From the NCBI GenBank assembly GCA_963777505.1, contig CAVZQN010000003.1, positions 224,001 through 288,000 of the forward strand: a stretch of 64,000 nucleotides of DNA, written 5' to 3'. The DNA is from an uncultured bacterium. Its GTDB lineage: Bacteria; Acidobacteriota; HRBIN11; JAKEFK01. Shown here one piece after another: positions 49,370-60,400 of the stretch (the stretch's first letter is position 1; every line of letters starts with the position of its first letter). A model generated the notes under the pieces. It made no database searches and was not told the DNA's origin. It saw only the letters and a program-made list of their open reading frames with translations. The position numbers and the translations under genes were made by a program.

Positions 49370-52315
49370 TTAGAAACTGTACCGGATGCCTAAACGAACA
49401 GCACGCGGTGAAATATTCTCTTCGATCTTATTAAACGTGGAAGCGTTTACTCTTCGTTGGCGGCGGATAATCGTATTTTCGTTTGTTACGTTAAACATAT
49501 TCGCTGAAAGAGCCAGCCTGCCGTACGATCCAAGTTCGATCCCTTTTTCAAATTGAAGATCGAGCGTAAAGATGTTATCGAAACGGCGACTTCCAAAAGG
49601 TTCAACAGCAAACAGGTGGAAACTGGTTCCGAGTGCCGAGCTCATGCTTCCGTCGCTTACTCTAGCGAACAGCACATATGGATAACCTTGTTGATACCTT
49701 GCGAAAGCTCCTGCGCTGATATCCCAGGGGAATTGATAAACTCCGCTGAGCTTCAGCTGCCATTCTGAATATGGATAAACTCCAGACTTTCCGCTCCCTC
49801 CTGGTGCAAATGCATAAGGCTGGTCATCAAGGAAAGGCAAGTTTGTTGGATCAAACGGAAAAACTTGACCCGTGAGTCCGCCATCACCAATGTAGAAAGC
49901 AAGCGAGTCGCCGCCATCATAATTAGCTTTTTGCCTTTGCAAAGTTAGACCTGCATTGACCATGAAGTTGTTACTCATGCGTTTCCGCGCATTGATATCA
50001 AAACCGTCGTAACTTGTCTTGTAGTCATTTGCATTTGTAGCAATGAGTGATCCGTCGTGTGTGAAAGGAAGTGTAAAGTACGGAACATTGAACACACCTA
50101 CTGGAGTATCCGCTGTGAAAACACCTGCAGGAACAAAATCAGTTTCATCGATTCCAAACGGTACGATTGTGGTTGCATCTCTATAGTCGCGATGCGTATA
50201 TGTCACGCCGACTGCAAGATCTGTCGTAAGCTGACGTTCAAAACCGACCAGGTATTCCCACGAGTTGGAATTTTTCAAATCGGAATCGTAGATACGCGAA
50301 TCAAAATTGTATCCACCCTGTGTCCATCCTCCGTAAAAACTCTTAACTCCTGTTACTTCCTCCGGACTGATTACGCGATCTCCATTTGCATTTTCGAAAA
50401 AGAGTTGCGCGCCGTTGTAAGTAAACGTAGGATTCGAATGCGTTAAAAACGCAGAATTGTAAGTGTCATAGTAACGTGCGAGATTCCCACGTACGATAGT
50501 CTTTCCATCACCAGTCAGGTCATAAGTAATACCTAACCGCGGCGAAAAATCATTGAAATCTACGCCAGGATCATTTCCTGCGAACTGAATCGGACCAACA
50601 AATTCTTCAAATCCAGGAACAGCAGGAATGTTGGCCGCTTCATTGTTTCCAGTTTGCCTGTCAAAACGGAAACCAAGATTCAGAGTTAAACGGTCTTTGC
50701 GATAAGTATCCGTTACGTAAAAACTGGTTCTGTCGATGTTCATAGTTCCATCAACAAAATGTTGAGCGTACAGATAACCTGACGTCAATGGTCCGTTTGG
50801 AGTCGTTTGATAGTAATCAACAATCAGCACTCCGTTTCCGTAGCTGCTGAATGTTGAAATCTTGCTTGTTTTGTATTCAAAGCCAAACTTGAATTCGTGA
50901 TCGCCGCCTAAAACATCTTCTTTGTAATAGTTGGCATCAACAACGAAATCGTGAGAACCGCGATCAATCGGTGAAGCGTAGAACGATGTTTGTTCCCAAT
51001 GTGGAATTGAAGCAAGATAGATTATTGGAACGTCTTTTCCACCTGCTGGAATCAGATCAAACACATTACCGACATAACCATAACGGCCAGTGACAATCGT
51101 GTGATCATTTGGAATCCATGTATGCTGGCCTGTCCATATTCCTGGCAGGATGCTTCCTTCTGACAATTGGGTCCACAACGATTCAGGCGCCATAATCGCA
51201 GCATCAAAAGCGGCGCGACCGCTCTTTTCTTTCTTTCCATTGAAATATCCGAACTGCGATTCATGCGCAGGATTCCAATTCATGTTTGTTTTAAAGTTGA
51301 TGTCTTCTAATTCTGTTCGATCAATCAAATCGGTTATTGTGAACAGACTGATTTCATACTTACGATACGCACCCCAAACAAAGAGCTTGTCTTTAACGAT
51401 CGGGCCACCGATGTCAAAACCGTAATCGGTTACTTCATCCAATCGATTCGATCCCTTTATCGGTTCACCTGTATTTGGATTGAGGTTTGGATTATCGATC
51501 AATTCCTGGGGAGTATTTGTTCCTTGCAAACTATCGTTTACGAAATAGTAGGAACCACTTCCTTCCCATCTGTTTCCACCGCGTTTAGTAACGATGTTTA
51601 CAGCAACACCACCCGTTGGAATTGAAGCATCACTTCCTGCTGTAACGATGTTCAGTTCTTCGAATGCGTCAAAATCAAAGTAGGTAGGAGATGCACCAAG
51701 AGACTGTGGATCGGTTACGTTCACGCCATCGTAATTCCAGATGGTGTTGTCATCGCTTCCGCCACGAGCGATAAAGGATGCTTGCTGGCCTGATTCGGAA
51801 CCCGCAACATTGTAGCGATCCGTATCGACTCCTGTTGTCTGATCGATGATGACCCATGGATCACGTGCATTGGGTACATCTTCCAGATAGTCTCTGTTGA
51901 ATGTTTCATCCAACCCTGTTTTCTTTCTGTCAACAACAGGGCTTTCACCGATGACGGTGAATTCTTCAGTGAGTGAAGGTCTCAATGTGATTTCCAATTG
52001 AACTTGAGAACCCGTACTCACTCGAATCTCTTCCTGGCGAATTTCTGCAAATCCTTCAATTGCGAAATTTACGGAATAAACACCGGGAGGTAGATTAGCA
52101 AAACGAAAACCTCCGGAAGGTCCGGAAGTCGCTGTCTGTGCTGGAATCTGATCTGATTCCAACGTGACGATGACTCCTGGCAGCGGTGCGCCTTTCTCAT
52201 CATTTACCTTTCCATAAATGGAGCCCGTCTTTGTCGCAACTTGCGCATAAACGGAAGATGTAAATGTAATGATCAGAAAAACCATTGCCATTAGTAGGAA
52301 CCATTTAGTTTTCAT
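49370..52315 (-). CDS. Oar-type TonB-dependent receptor with N-terminal carboxypeptidase-regulatory-like domain
   Basis: GSIYGKV.D..G.PLPGV, GGVAVNIVTKRG, FSPRLG.TYDLTGDGKT and C-terminal PRAVRLGIRYSF. ATG 52315 has a GGAG RBS. Confidence 0.93.
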   Translation of the reverse strand: MKTKWFLLMAMVFLIITFTSSVYAQVATKTGSIYGKVNDEKGAPLPGVIVTLESDQIPAQTATSGPSGGFRFANLPPGVYSVNFAIEGFAEIRQEEIRVSTGSQVQLEITLRPSLTEEFTVIGESPVVDRKKTGLDETFNRDYLEDVPNARDPWVIIDQTTGVDTDRYNVAGSESGQQASFIARGGSDDNTIWNYDGVNVTDPQSLGASPTYFDFDAFEELNIVTAGSDASIPTGGVAVNIVTKRGGNRWEGSGSYYFVNDSLQGTNTPQELIDNPNLNPNTGEPIKGSNRLDEVTDYGFDIGGPIVKDKLFVWGAYRKYEISLFTITDLIDRTELEDINFKTNMNWNPAHESQFGYFNGKKEKSGRAAFDAAIMAPESLWTQLSEGSILPGIWTGQHTWIPNDHTIVTGRYGYVGNVFDLIPAGGKDVPIIYLASIPHWEQTSFYASPIDRGSHDFVVDANYYKEDVLGGDHEFKFGFEYKTSKISTFSSYGNGVLIVDYYQTTPNGPLTSGYLYAQHFVDGTMNIDRTSFYVTDTYRKDRLTLNLGFRFDRQTGNNEAANIPAVPGFEEFVGPIQFAGNDPGVDFNDFSPRLGITYDLTGDGKTIVRGNLARYYDTYNSAFLTHSNPTFTYNGAQLFFENANGDRVISPEEVTGVKSFYGGWTQGGYNFDSRIYDSDLKNSNSWEYLVGFERQLTTDLAVGVTYTHRDYRDATTIVPFGIDETDFVPAGVFTADTPVGVFNVPYFTLPFTHDGSLIATNANDYKTSYDGFDINARKRMSNNFMVNAGLTLQRQKANYDGGDSLAFYIGDGGLTGQVFPFDPTNLPFLDDQPYAFAPGGSGKSGVYPYSEWQLKLSGVYQFPWDISAGAFARYQQGYPYVLFARVSDGSMSSALGTSFHLFAVEPFGSRRFDNIFTLDLQFEKGIELGSYGRLALSANMFNVTNENTIIRRQRRVNASTFNKIEENISPRAVRLGIRYSF

Positions 52316-52355
52316 AGCTTCTCCATGGTTAGATTTGGTTTCCAACCCGGAACTT

Positions 52356-52371
52356 AGCAACCGCTATGCCA
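52356..52371 (-). promoter_or_regulatory. Sigma54 (-24/-12) promoter of the TonB-dependent receptor
   Basis: Minus strand TGGCAT-AGCGG-TTGCT with exact GG-N10-GC spacing, 40 bp upstream of the ATG. Confidence 0.8.
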
Positions 52372-52584
52372 TGTTCTAAAAGTTTCTAAAAAGTGTGTAG
52401 AAGCAATGATTTACGGCAAAGTAAGGTCGATTTACTTCAATTCTGAAATCAATATTTGGTCCCTGGTATGAAATGCGGTGTTTGTCTAAAGATACAGTTC
52501 ATTCCAAAAAACAGGCCCTTTATTTGGAAAACATTCACTTTTGATACCGGAACGTAATTTTGGATTGGAACCACAAAGACTCAA

Positions 52585-52631
52585 GCGGCCTTCGGCCGCA
52601 ATTTCAGATTTCGGATTTCAGATTTCTGATT
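52585..52631. repeat. cUUCGg hairpin plus ATTTCNG heptamer tandem repeat
   Basis: GCGGCC-TTC-GGCCGC, then ATTTCAG ATTTCGG ATTTCAG ATTTCTG. Confidence 0.65.
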
Positions 52632-52760
52632 GAAATTGAATGATTCGTGATTGAATTGACCTCTTACTCAAAACTTTGCTGGCATGAAAGAAAAGATGCG
52701 GAAAAAGTCGAAGTTACAAAAGACACGGAGCTTCAACAGGAAATCTTCGAGGCTTTACGG

Positions 52761-53558
52761 TTAGAATGTGGAGACTTGTTGAACGGGACTCGAAAAAGAA
52801 TTTCCTGTTAGTTTTCGTAAAGTTTGTTTTCGACTCAACACTAACCTTGTACCATCCTGAAGGATGACCTGGTAGTTGCGGCCATGATTCCATGGTTGCA
52901 CCCATCGAACACGATCGGAGTTAATAATGGTGCAACGATGAATTCGTACAAACTTTCCGGGATCCAACTCTGCTTCGAGCGCTGAAATTGACATTTTAAG
53001 AAGCAATGCTTCGCCTGCCATGTGCAGCCGAACGTATTTTCCTTCTGCTTCTGCCCAATCAAGCTCTTCGGCTTTTACAAAGAAAACGCAGCGGCCTGTT
53101 TTGATCGCAAGCTGACGATGTTGTGTTTTTGAATTTTCAGTTTGAATGCCCCGGTTCCGTTTCAAACATCTCTTTGCGCGTTCTAATGCGCGAACGAAAC
53201 GTTGTTCGACAACGGGTTTGAGCAAATAGTCAACGGCAGAAACATCAAATGCACGAGCGGCATATTGATCACGTCCGCTAATGAAAATTGTGACCGGCTG
53301 ATTCCCCTGTGGAAGTGAATCCAATAAAGCAAAACCATGCATGCCTGGTAGCTCTACTTCTGATATAAGCACATCCGGTCTGAGATCGCGTAATGCTGCA
53401 ACTGCTTCGATTCCGTGACTGCATTCTTCAACTGTTTCAATAGAATCATCTTTTGACAATAATGCAATTAAGTTTTGACGTGATAATATATCGGGGTCAA
53501 CGATTAATACTTTCAGCGAAAGGCGGTCAATCCGCGAGTCATTCCCTTCGTAAAACAT
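52761..53558 (-). CDS. LytTR-family regulator with atypical receiver (phosphoacceptor Asp replaced by Glu)
   Basis: IVDPD, DVLISEVELPG, DYLLKP and FVRIHRC motifs. ATG 53558 has a GAGGTG RBS. Confidence 0.88.
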   Translation of the reverse strand: MFYEGNDSRIDRLSLKVLIVDPDILSRQNLIALLSKDDSIETVEECSHGIEAVAALRDLRPDVLISEVELPGMHGFALLDSLPQGNQPVTIFISGRDQYAARAFDVSAVDYLLKPVVEQRFVRALERAKRCLKRNRGIQTENSKTQHRQLAIKTGRCVFFVKAEELDWAEAEGKYVRLHMAGEALLLKMSISALEAELDPGKFVRIHRCTIINSDRVRWVQPWNHGRNYQVILQDGTRLVLSRKQTLRKLTGNSFSSPVQQVSTF

Positions 53559-53803
53559 ATTCACCTCATGATTCAACACTAGGCTTATCCTCCTCAATCC
53601 GCAATCAATATGGTACAAAAGGTCCCCTTGAAGGAATAAAGGCCTAATGGCCTGGAACGTGCGGGCTTTGTAGCGAATTTTTAGCTTTGCTGGAAATTTG
53701 GACGATTTTTCAGTGGCGTTGTTCCTGAAGAATCCCTCTCATGTCAAATTTATTGTTTCGCTTGTTGGCAGATTGATAGGATTCGGGGAAAGGAGAAGTA
53801 GAG

Positions 53804-54703
53804 ATGAGACAACTCACATGGTTTGCTTTTTTCATGATCTTTTTTGTCGCTAATTTTTCATTCGCAGAAGATCCCAATGTTGAAGCAGAGCGTTATTTAA
53901 ATGCGAATGACTGGCCGAACGTTGTTACGGCGTATGGTGCGCTTGCAAAAAAAGATCCTTCGAATGCCCAGGCATGGTACAGGCTTGGAAGAGGCTACCA
54001 TGAATTAGGAAAATACAGCGAAGCTTTAAAGGCTTACGATGAAGCTGAAAAAAAAGGCTTCCATCAGATGTCAGTTTATATAAGGAAGTCAAAAACATTT
54101 TCGATGATGGGGAATTCAAAAGAAGCGATGGACATTTTTAAGCAAGCGGTAGATCAAGGTTTCAATGATCCTTCCGCAATGTCAGATGATAAGGAATTTG
54201 CCAGCCTCAAACAGGACTCACGGTACGATTCCATTTTGGCTCAAGTGAAACGGAACGAAAAGCCTTGCGGATTTGATCCTGAATTCCGGCAATTTGATTT
54301 TTGGATCGGTGATTGGGAAGTTTTTATGGGTGGGAATCTTGTTGGAAAAAGCCGAATTGAATTGATTCTGAAAGATTGTGTGATCGTTGAAAATTATGAA
54401 AGCACTTTTTATGGTTATACCGGCAAAAGTTACAATGTTTACAACCCAGGATTAAAAAAGTGGCAACAATTCTGGGTTGATAGTTCAGCAGGTCCAACCT
54501 TATATACAGGTCAACTGATCAATGGTGAAATGCGATTTGAGGCCGAAAAGTACAATGCAGATGGCACGAAGGCTTTAACAAAAATGACATTCTATAATTT
54601 AGGTCCAGATAAAGTCCGTCAGTATATTCAACAATCCACTGATTCGGGAAAATCCTGGACTAACGGTTTTGATGGTGAATACAGGCGAATCAATAAAAAA
54701 TGA
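53804..54703 (+). CDS. Exported TPR protein with C-terminal beta-barrel domain (FDFWIGDW type)
   Basis: AWYRLG TPR, QFDFWIGDWEV, WQQFWVDS and S.DSGKSW..FDGEY motifs. Confidence 0.75.
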   Translation: MRQLTWFAFFMIFFVANFSFAEDPNVEAERYLNANDWPNVVTAYGALAKKDPSNAQAWYRLGRGYHELGKYSEALKAYDEAEKKGFHQMSVYIRKSKTFSMMGNSKEAMDIFKQAVDQGFNDPSAMSDDKEFASLKQDSRYDSILAQVKRNEKPCGFDPEFRQFDFWIGDWEVFMGGNLVGKSRIELILKDCVIVENYESTFYGYTGKSYNVYNPGLKKWQQFWVDSSAGPTLYTGQLINGEMRFEAEKYNADGTKALTKMTFYNLGPDKVRQYIQQSTDSGKSWTNGFDGEYRRINKK

Positions 54704-56133
54704 AAAATAAAAAGTCAAAAATCCAATTGTTGTTTTTGTTTTTTATTTCGGTTTCTGCGTTAGCACAGAATCCTGAATCGTTTCCAAAAGGGAAGCTCAT
54801 TGAGAAAGTACCGTGCCTGGCGGCACCAGAATTTTCGTATGTGCTTTATCTGCCTTCCGCTTATACCGATCAGAAAAAATGGCCGGTTCTCTTTTGTTTT
54901 GATCCCCGAGCGAATGGAATGGTTCCAGCCGAGCTATTTCAACCCGCTGCAGAAAAATATGGATACATTATTTTGTCTTCAAATAATTCAGGCAGCGATG
55001 ATGCATCGATTCCAAATGCTCAGGCAATGAAAGAAATGTACGATGATGCTGCCTCGCGCTACTCAGTTGATGATAATCGTTTCTATGCAACGGGTATGTC
55101 CGGTGGCGCGCGGATTGCATGTGATATGGGTTACCGGTACGCAAACCAAATAGCGGGTGTTATAGGCTGTGCTGCTGGTTTTCCTACAGACAAGATGCCG
55201 TCAAAGGATACTCCTTTTGCTTACTATGCAACGATCGGCAATCTTGATTTTAATTACCTCGAACTTCGTTCATTGCGGCCCAAACTTGAAGAAGCAGGCA
55301 TTCCATTTCATATTCGCGTGTTTGATGGTGAGCATCAATGGCCTACTTCCGAAGTTGCAACCGAAGCGTTGGAATGGATGGAAGTTCGCGCAATGAGAGA
55401 TGGAAAGCGCGAAAAGGATTCTGTATTGATTGAAGCATTATTTAATAAACGATTAAAAGAGGTGGAATCACTTACTGCAAAATCGGTTCTTCATGAGGCC
55501 GCCTATGAGTATAAGAATTTGGTCAATGACTTTGAGACGTTGCGTGATATTTCCAAAGTGAAAGCGGAATTCACGAAATTAGATACATCGGAAGAAGTTC
55601 AGCGTTTGCGTGAAGAAGAAAAGCAGCGTGATCTGGAGATTCAAAACTTTCGGCAGAAACTGGCAAGCGTTAATCAATCGATTCAAAATAGCGCAAAAAC
55701 AATTCCGAGCGTAGAAAAAGTAATGGCATTTCTAGAAATTGAATCGCTGAAGAAACAGGCAAAGGAAGCTCCTTCCAAAGAAGAACGGCTTCATGCACAA
55801 CGCCTGTTGGAACTTGTGAGCGTACAGCATGGCTTTTATATGTCGCGGAATTTCATGGAGTACGGAGATTATCCACGCGCCGAACTAACCCTTGCCGTTG
55901 TTACGCAGATCCATCCAGAGGAGCCATGGATTTGGTATAAGTTGGCTCGCGCCCAGGCTCAAATGGGACAAAAGGAAAAGGCACTTGAGTCATTGAACAA
56001 AGCAGTTCAGCAAGGTTTCGATGACCCGGAAAGATTCGGAAGCGATTATGATCTAAAATCCTTGCATGAAGATAAACAATTTAAGAAGCTCTTAGAGCAA
56101 ACAAAAAAGAATCAACAGAAATCGAAACCATAA
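54700..56133 (+). CDS. Exported alpha/beta hydrolase with C-terminal TPRs
   Basis: YVLYLPSAY..KWP, GMSGGAR, GNLD and FDGEHQW motifs; TPR tail. Confidence 0.82.
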   Translation: MKNKKSKIQLLFLFFISVSALAQNPESFPKGKLIEKVPCLAAPEFSYVLYLPSAYTDQKKWPVLFCFDPRANGMVPAELFQPAAEKYGYIILSSNNSGSDDASIPNAQAMKEMYDDAASRYSVDDNRFYATGMSGGARIACDMGYRYANQIAGVIGCAAGFPTDKMPSKDTPFAYYATIGNLDFNYLELRSLRPKLEEAGIPFHIRVFDGEHQWPTSEVATEALEWMEVRAMRDGKREKDSVLIEALFNKRLKEVESLTAKSVLHEAAYEYKNLVNDFETLRDISKVKAEFTKLDTSEEVQRLREEEKQRDLEIQNFRQKLASVNQSIQNSAKTIPSVEKVMAFLEIESLKKQAKEAPSKEERLHAQRLLELVSVQHGFYMSRNFMEYGDYPRAELTLAVVTQIHPEEPWIWYKLARAQAQMGQKEKALESLNKAVQQGFDDPERFGSDYDLKSLHEDKQFKKLLEQTKKNQQKSKP

Positions 56134-56197
56134 TTTTCTATTCCTGCTTTCTGTCACATCCTTTCTTTTTACCTCTATCCTGCAATATCCTTAATGT

Positions 56198-57103
56198 GTG
56201 GGAATCCTAAACACCAGAATCAAGTTGAAATGTTTTTTCAAGCTTTGGCTTTTATTCATGTTTGCCATCCTTTCTTTATCAACATCAGGAATGGCACAGA
56301 CTGAATATCTTCGTCATCCTGCCGGATTGGAATTCAAGTATCCCGATGAATGGACGGTTAATGAAGCAACATTTGCAGATTTAGAACTGGTTCCACCTGA
56401 TCAAAATGTAAGTTCAAGTGGTCCGACTGAAGCTTACTTCGTTTGGGGGCTTGGTCTGGACCCATCCAAATCGCAGGAAGAGCAAATCGCAATTCAATTA
56501 AAAGACCTAATGGAAGGAATTGCATCTTTCTTAAAACAAGCAGGAGACCCTGAAGCATTTTTAGGAAAGCGAGTTCAAGGGTTTGTCTATACCTATGAAG
56601 GAAAGCGGCCTGACGGATATGAAGTACGGAGTCGTATTTTTGTGCTTCCTGAAAAAGATCTTGCTTTTGCGCTTGTCGCTTTAGGCCTACGGGAAAACAT
56701 TGTAAAACGTGAGGCATCTATTAGTGAAGTGTTCGGTTCGTTCCTATTAAAAAATGTAATAGTGGATTCTAAATTGACCGGCCTCTGGATCACTCCTGAA
56801 AATAGTTTTACGCCTACACAAACGCAAACAGGATCCTCATCGGAACGTAATGAAATGCAACTTGAGCCCGATGGTTCGTTTATTACGCTCATGCAATCAC
56901 CCAAAACCGAAGGATTGGTGAATACACTTAATTCAGGACGTTGGTATTCCAAAGGTAATAAACTTTATTTTGTTTCAGCCGGCAATGTTGGATTAATGTT
57001 TCGATATGAAATTAATGGAGAGCCCGGCTTAAGAAAATTGACTTTGATTCATTCAAATGGCGATAAGCAGGAATTTCACGAATTTCAATCGGAACCCGAA
57101 TAG
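56198..57103 (+). CDS. Hypothetical exported protein (PsbP-like N-domain, lipocalin-like C-domain)
   Basis: Signal peptide, GLEFKYPDEW and LTGLW motifs. The start codon is uncertain. Confidence 0.55.
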   Translation: MGILNTRIKLKCFFKLWLLFMFAILSLSTSGMAQTEYLRHPAGLEFKYPDEWTVNEATFADLELVPPDQNVSSSGPTEAYFVWGLGLDPSKSQEEQIAIQLKDLMEGIASFLKQAGDPEAFLGKRVQGFVYTYEGKRPDGYEVRSRIFVLPEKDLAFALVALGLRENIVKREASISEVFGSFLLKNVIVDSKLTGLWITPENSFTPTQTQTGSSSERNEMQLEPDGSFITLMQSPKTEGLVNTLNSGRWYSKGNKLYFVSAGNVGLMFRYEINGEPGLRKLTLIHSNGDKQEFHEFQSEPE

Positions 57104-57454
57104 ATAAAACTCTACCTTTATATTTATTTCTCACATCTACGATCCCCTTGCTTAACTCCTTTTTGTAGCCCGAAATTTGACTTTGTCCGTCGTTTATTTA
57201 GCCCCAGAAGTGCCAATTTTTTGTGCTTCGTTGTAGCAAAATTCGGCTCTTTTTCGAGCATCTTGTCACATTAATGAAACCAGAGCGTTCAAAATGAAAA
57301 AAATGAGTCACACGAATGTGACAGATTGGCATTTTTATCGTCGACAAAGAAAATACTGTTTTTCAATTAGTGAAATAAAGACGGTCTGGCGATCATTTTG
57401 CTTCTCGAGAAGCAGAATCACACAAAAACAGAGACCCCTGGAGGATTCGGCAGT

Positions 57455-60400
57455 ATGGAATTGCGAAGGGAAGGGAAGCCATTTAGATGGCTCTTCTGTC
57501 TTATCTTACTGTTTCTCGCAGGCACTCTGCACGCTCAACAATGGGTTGATAATTTCACTGCCGTCCGCACCTTTTGGGTTTCGCCCAGCGGAAGTGGTTC
57601 GGGTACTGAAAGCAATCCGATGAGTATTACAACAGCAATGAATCAGGCTCTTCCTGGTGATCTCTACTGGTTAACAGCCGGAACATATAACGGTCAGAAG
57701 ACTCTTACTCGTAATGGAACATCTTCTAACCCAATAGTATGGAGAGGCGTTGCCGGCGGAGGAGCAATTATTAATGGAAGTATCTATGTCTCCGCAGCAT
57801 ATAACTGGATCTGGGGTCTGGAAGTTAAGGATCCTAATAATTCTGGAACCACAGAAGGGATTGCGCTTGTTCAAGCAGGCGGACACATTATCAATTGTAT
57901 CGTTCATGACATAAAAGGTCGTGTTGGAATTGCAGCTTGGACGGCCGGTCCTGACCAAGTTGTTTACGGAAATATCGTTTACAAACAAATTTCCAATTCA
58001 AACAATCCGCACAATATTTACACTCAAAACGATTTTGCAGCGCATGGTTACAAATACATTGTGAATAACATGATGCTCGATTCATGGGATGCCAGCGGAG
58101 GCGCATATAACTTTCATGCGTACACCGAAGGCGGAAAAATAAGCGGATTTCATATAGAGAAAAATATTATTAGAAGGGGACGATTTTTAATCGGTGGAAT
58201 TAATCTTCCTGCCGATAATGAAATTGTAAAAGGAAATTATTTTTGGAATGGTCCAATTAATTTCGGATATAACAGACCCTCGCAAGTTCAGTTTCAAAAC
58301 AACTATGTAGGACGGTCAGATCTCTGGACTTACTATTTCTGGGGGAAAGGCGAGACTCAATATCCTCAGACCGCAGCAAGTATTTTTACAGGGAATGAAT
58401 TCCATAAGCCCCCCTCGAATCATTTTGATTTTCGCACCTCAGCATTTATGCCGGGACAATGCAACGGATGTCCTGAAATAAGAACTGGTGATAGTTGGAA
58501 CAACAATACATATTCATCACCATTTAAGGCCTCTTTCCATGCGGACAATAATAATCAAGGAGACGTCACATATTCGGAATGGCAAACCTTTACCGCCAGT
58601 GCGGGTAATGCATTTGATACAAGTTCTACCGTAACTTCATCGACCCCGGATCGAATTGCAGTTATCCCAAACGAATATGAACCCGGACGCGGACATGTCG
58701 CAATCTTCAACTGGAGTTTGAGTTCCACAGTAACTGTGGATCTTTCATCAGTACTTTCCAACGGAGCAAATTTTCAAGTTTTAGACCCACGGAACATGGG
58801 CTCACCCGTTTTAACTGGGACGTATTCAGGACCTGTAAACATTTCAACAGGTGGTCAGGAATTTCTGGCTTTACTTGTTGTTACTACTTCTGGGGGACCT
58901 CCACCGGATACAATTCCGCCGGATACAACAATTACAAGTTCACTCTGTGGAACAACGGTAACCACCGCTTCGGTAACAGTCAATTGGACTGGTTCTGATA
59001 ACGTAACGCCTACTGGCAATCTTGTATATGCCTATTCACTGGATGGAGGAGCCTATTCATCATATGGATCGGCGACTTCAAATATATTTAATAATCTGAC
59101 CAATGCATCGCATACAGTTTCAGTAAAAGCGAAAGATGTGGCAGGGAATGTTGATCCGACTCCGGCTCAATGTACTTTTACGGTGAGTGTTGCAGATACA
59201 ACTCCGCCGGAAACTACAATCACAAGTTCACTCTGTGGAACAACGGTGACTACATCTTCGGTGACAATCAATTGGACCGGCTCAGATAACGTAACGCCTG
59301 TCGGCAATCTTGTATATGCCTATGCACTGGATGGAGGAGCCTATTCATCATATGGATCGGCAACTTCAAATGCATTTACTAATCTGACCAATGCATCACA
59401 CACAGTTACAGTAAGAGCAAAAGATCAGGCAGGGAACGTTGATCCGACTCCGGCTCAATGCACTTTTACGGTGAATGTTGCAGATACGACTCCACCCAAT
59501 ACAACAATTACAAGTTCGTTCTGTGGAACAACGGTAACCACCGCTTCGGTGACAGTCAATTGGACTGGCTCTGATAACGTAACGCCAACTGGTAATCTTG
59601 TATATGCGTACTCACTGGATGGAGGAGCATACTCATCTTACGTTTCTGCAACTTCAAATACATTCAATAACCTGAGCAATGCATCCCATACAGTTTCAGT
59701 AAAAGCGAAAGATGTTGCAGGGAATGTCGATCCGACTCCGGCTCAATGCACTTTTACGGTGAATGTTGCAGATACGACTCCACCCAATACAACAATTACA
59801 AGTTCGTTCTGTGGAACAACGGTAACCACCGCTTCGGTGACAGTCAATTGGACTGGCTCTGATAACGTAACGCCAACTGGTAATCTTGTATATGCGTACT
59901 CACTGGATGGAGGAGCGTACTCATCTTACGTTTCTGCAACTTCAAATACATTCAATAACCTGAGCAATGCATCCCATACAGTTTCAGTAAAAGCGAAAGA
60001 TGTTGCGGGGAATGTTGATCCGACTCCGGCTCAATGTTCTTTTACAGTGAATGTTGCGGATACGACAGCACCCACAATTTCCAATATTCAAGCAACAGGT
60101 ATTGGTATTACGAATGCAACCATACTTTGGGATACGAATGAAGCTTCAGATACTCAGGTTGAATATGGGACTTCAACATGCCCATGTTCACAAAATTCGC
60201 CATTAAATGCGAATTTAACAACTGCACATTCTGTAGTTCTTTCGAATCTTACAGCAAGCACACTGTACCACTACCGTGTGAAATCGCGTGATGCAGCTGG
60301 AAACCTAGCATTCGGTATCGATAAAACGTTTACTACGGGCACAAATCCTCCGCCTCCACCTCCACCAACTGGATCGTCAACTTGCCAGGAAGCGGAAGCG

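Noticed and set aside
57307-57345. Possible sigma54 promoter or CRP site upstream of the large beta-helix gene
   Set aside because: TGGCATTTTTATCGT has GT rather than GC at -12, and GTCACA-N4-TGTGAC has the wrong orientation and spacing for CRP. It may still be a regulator site but cannot be assigned.
58907-60058. Tandem repeats as a CRISPR array or DGR template/variable pair
   Set aside because: The units are 288-bp in-frame protein domains with no spacers, no adenine-specific variation and no cas or reverse transcriptase gene.
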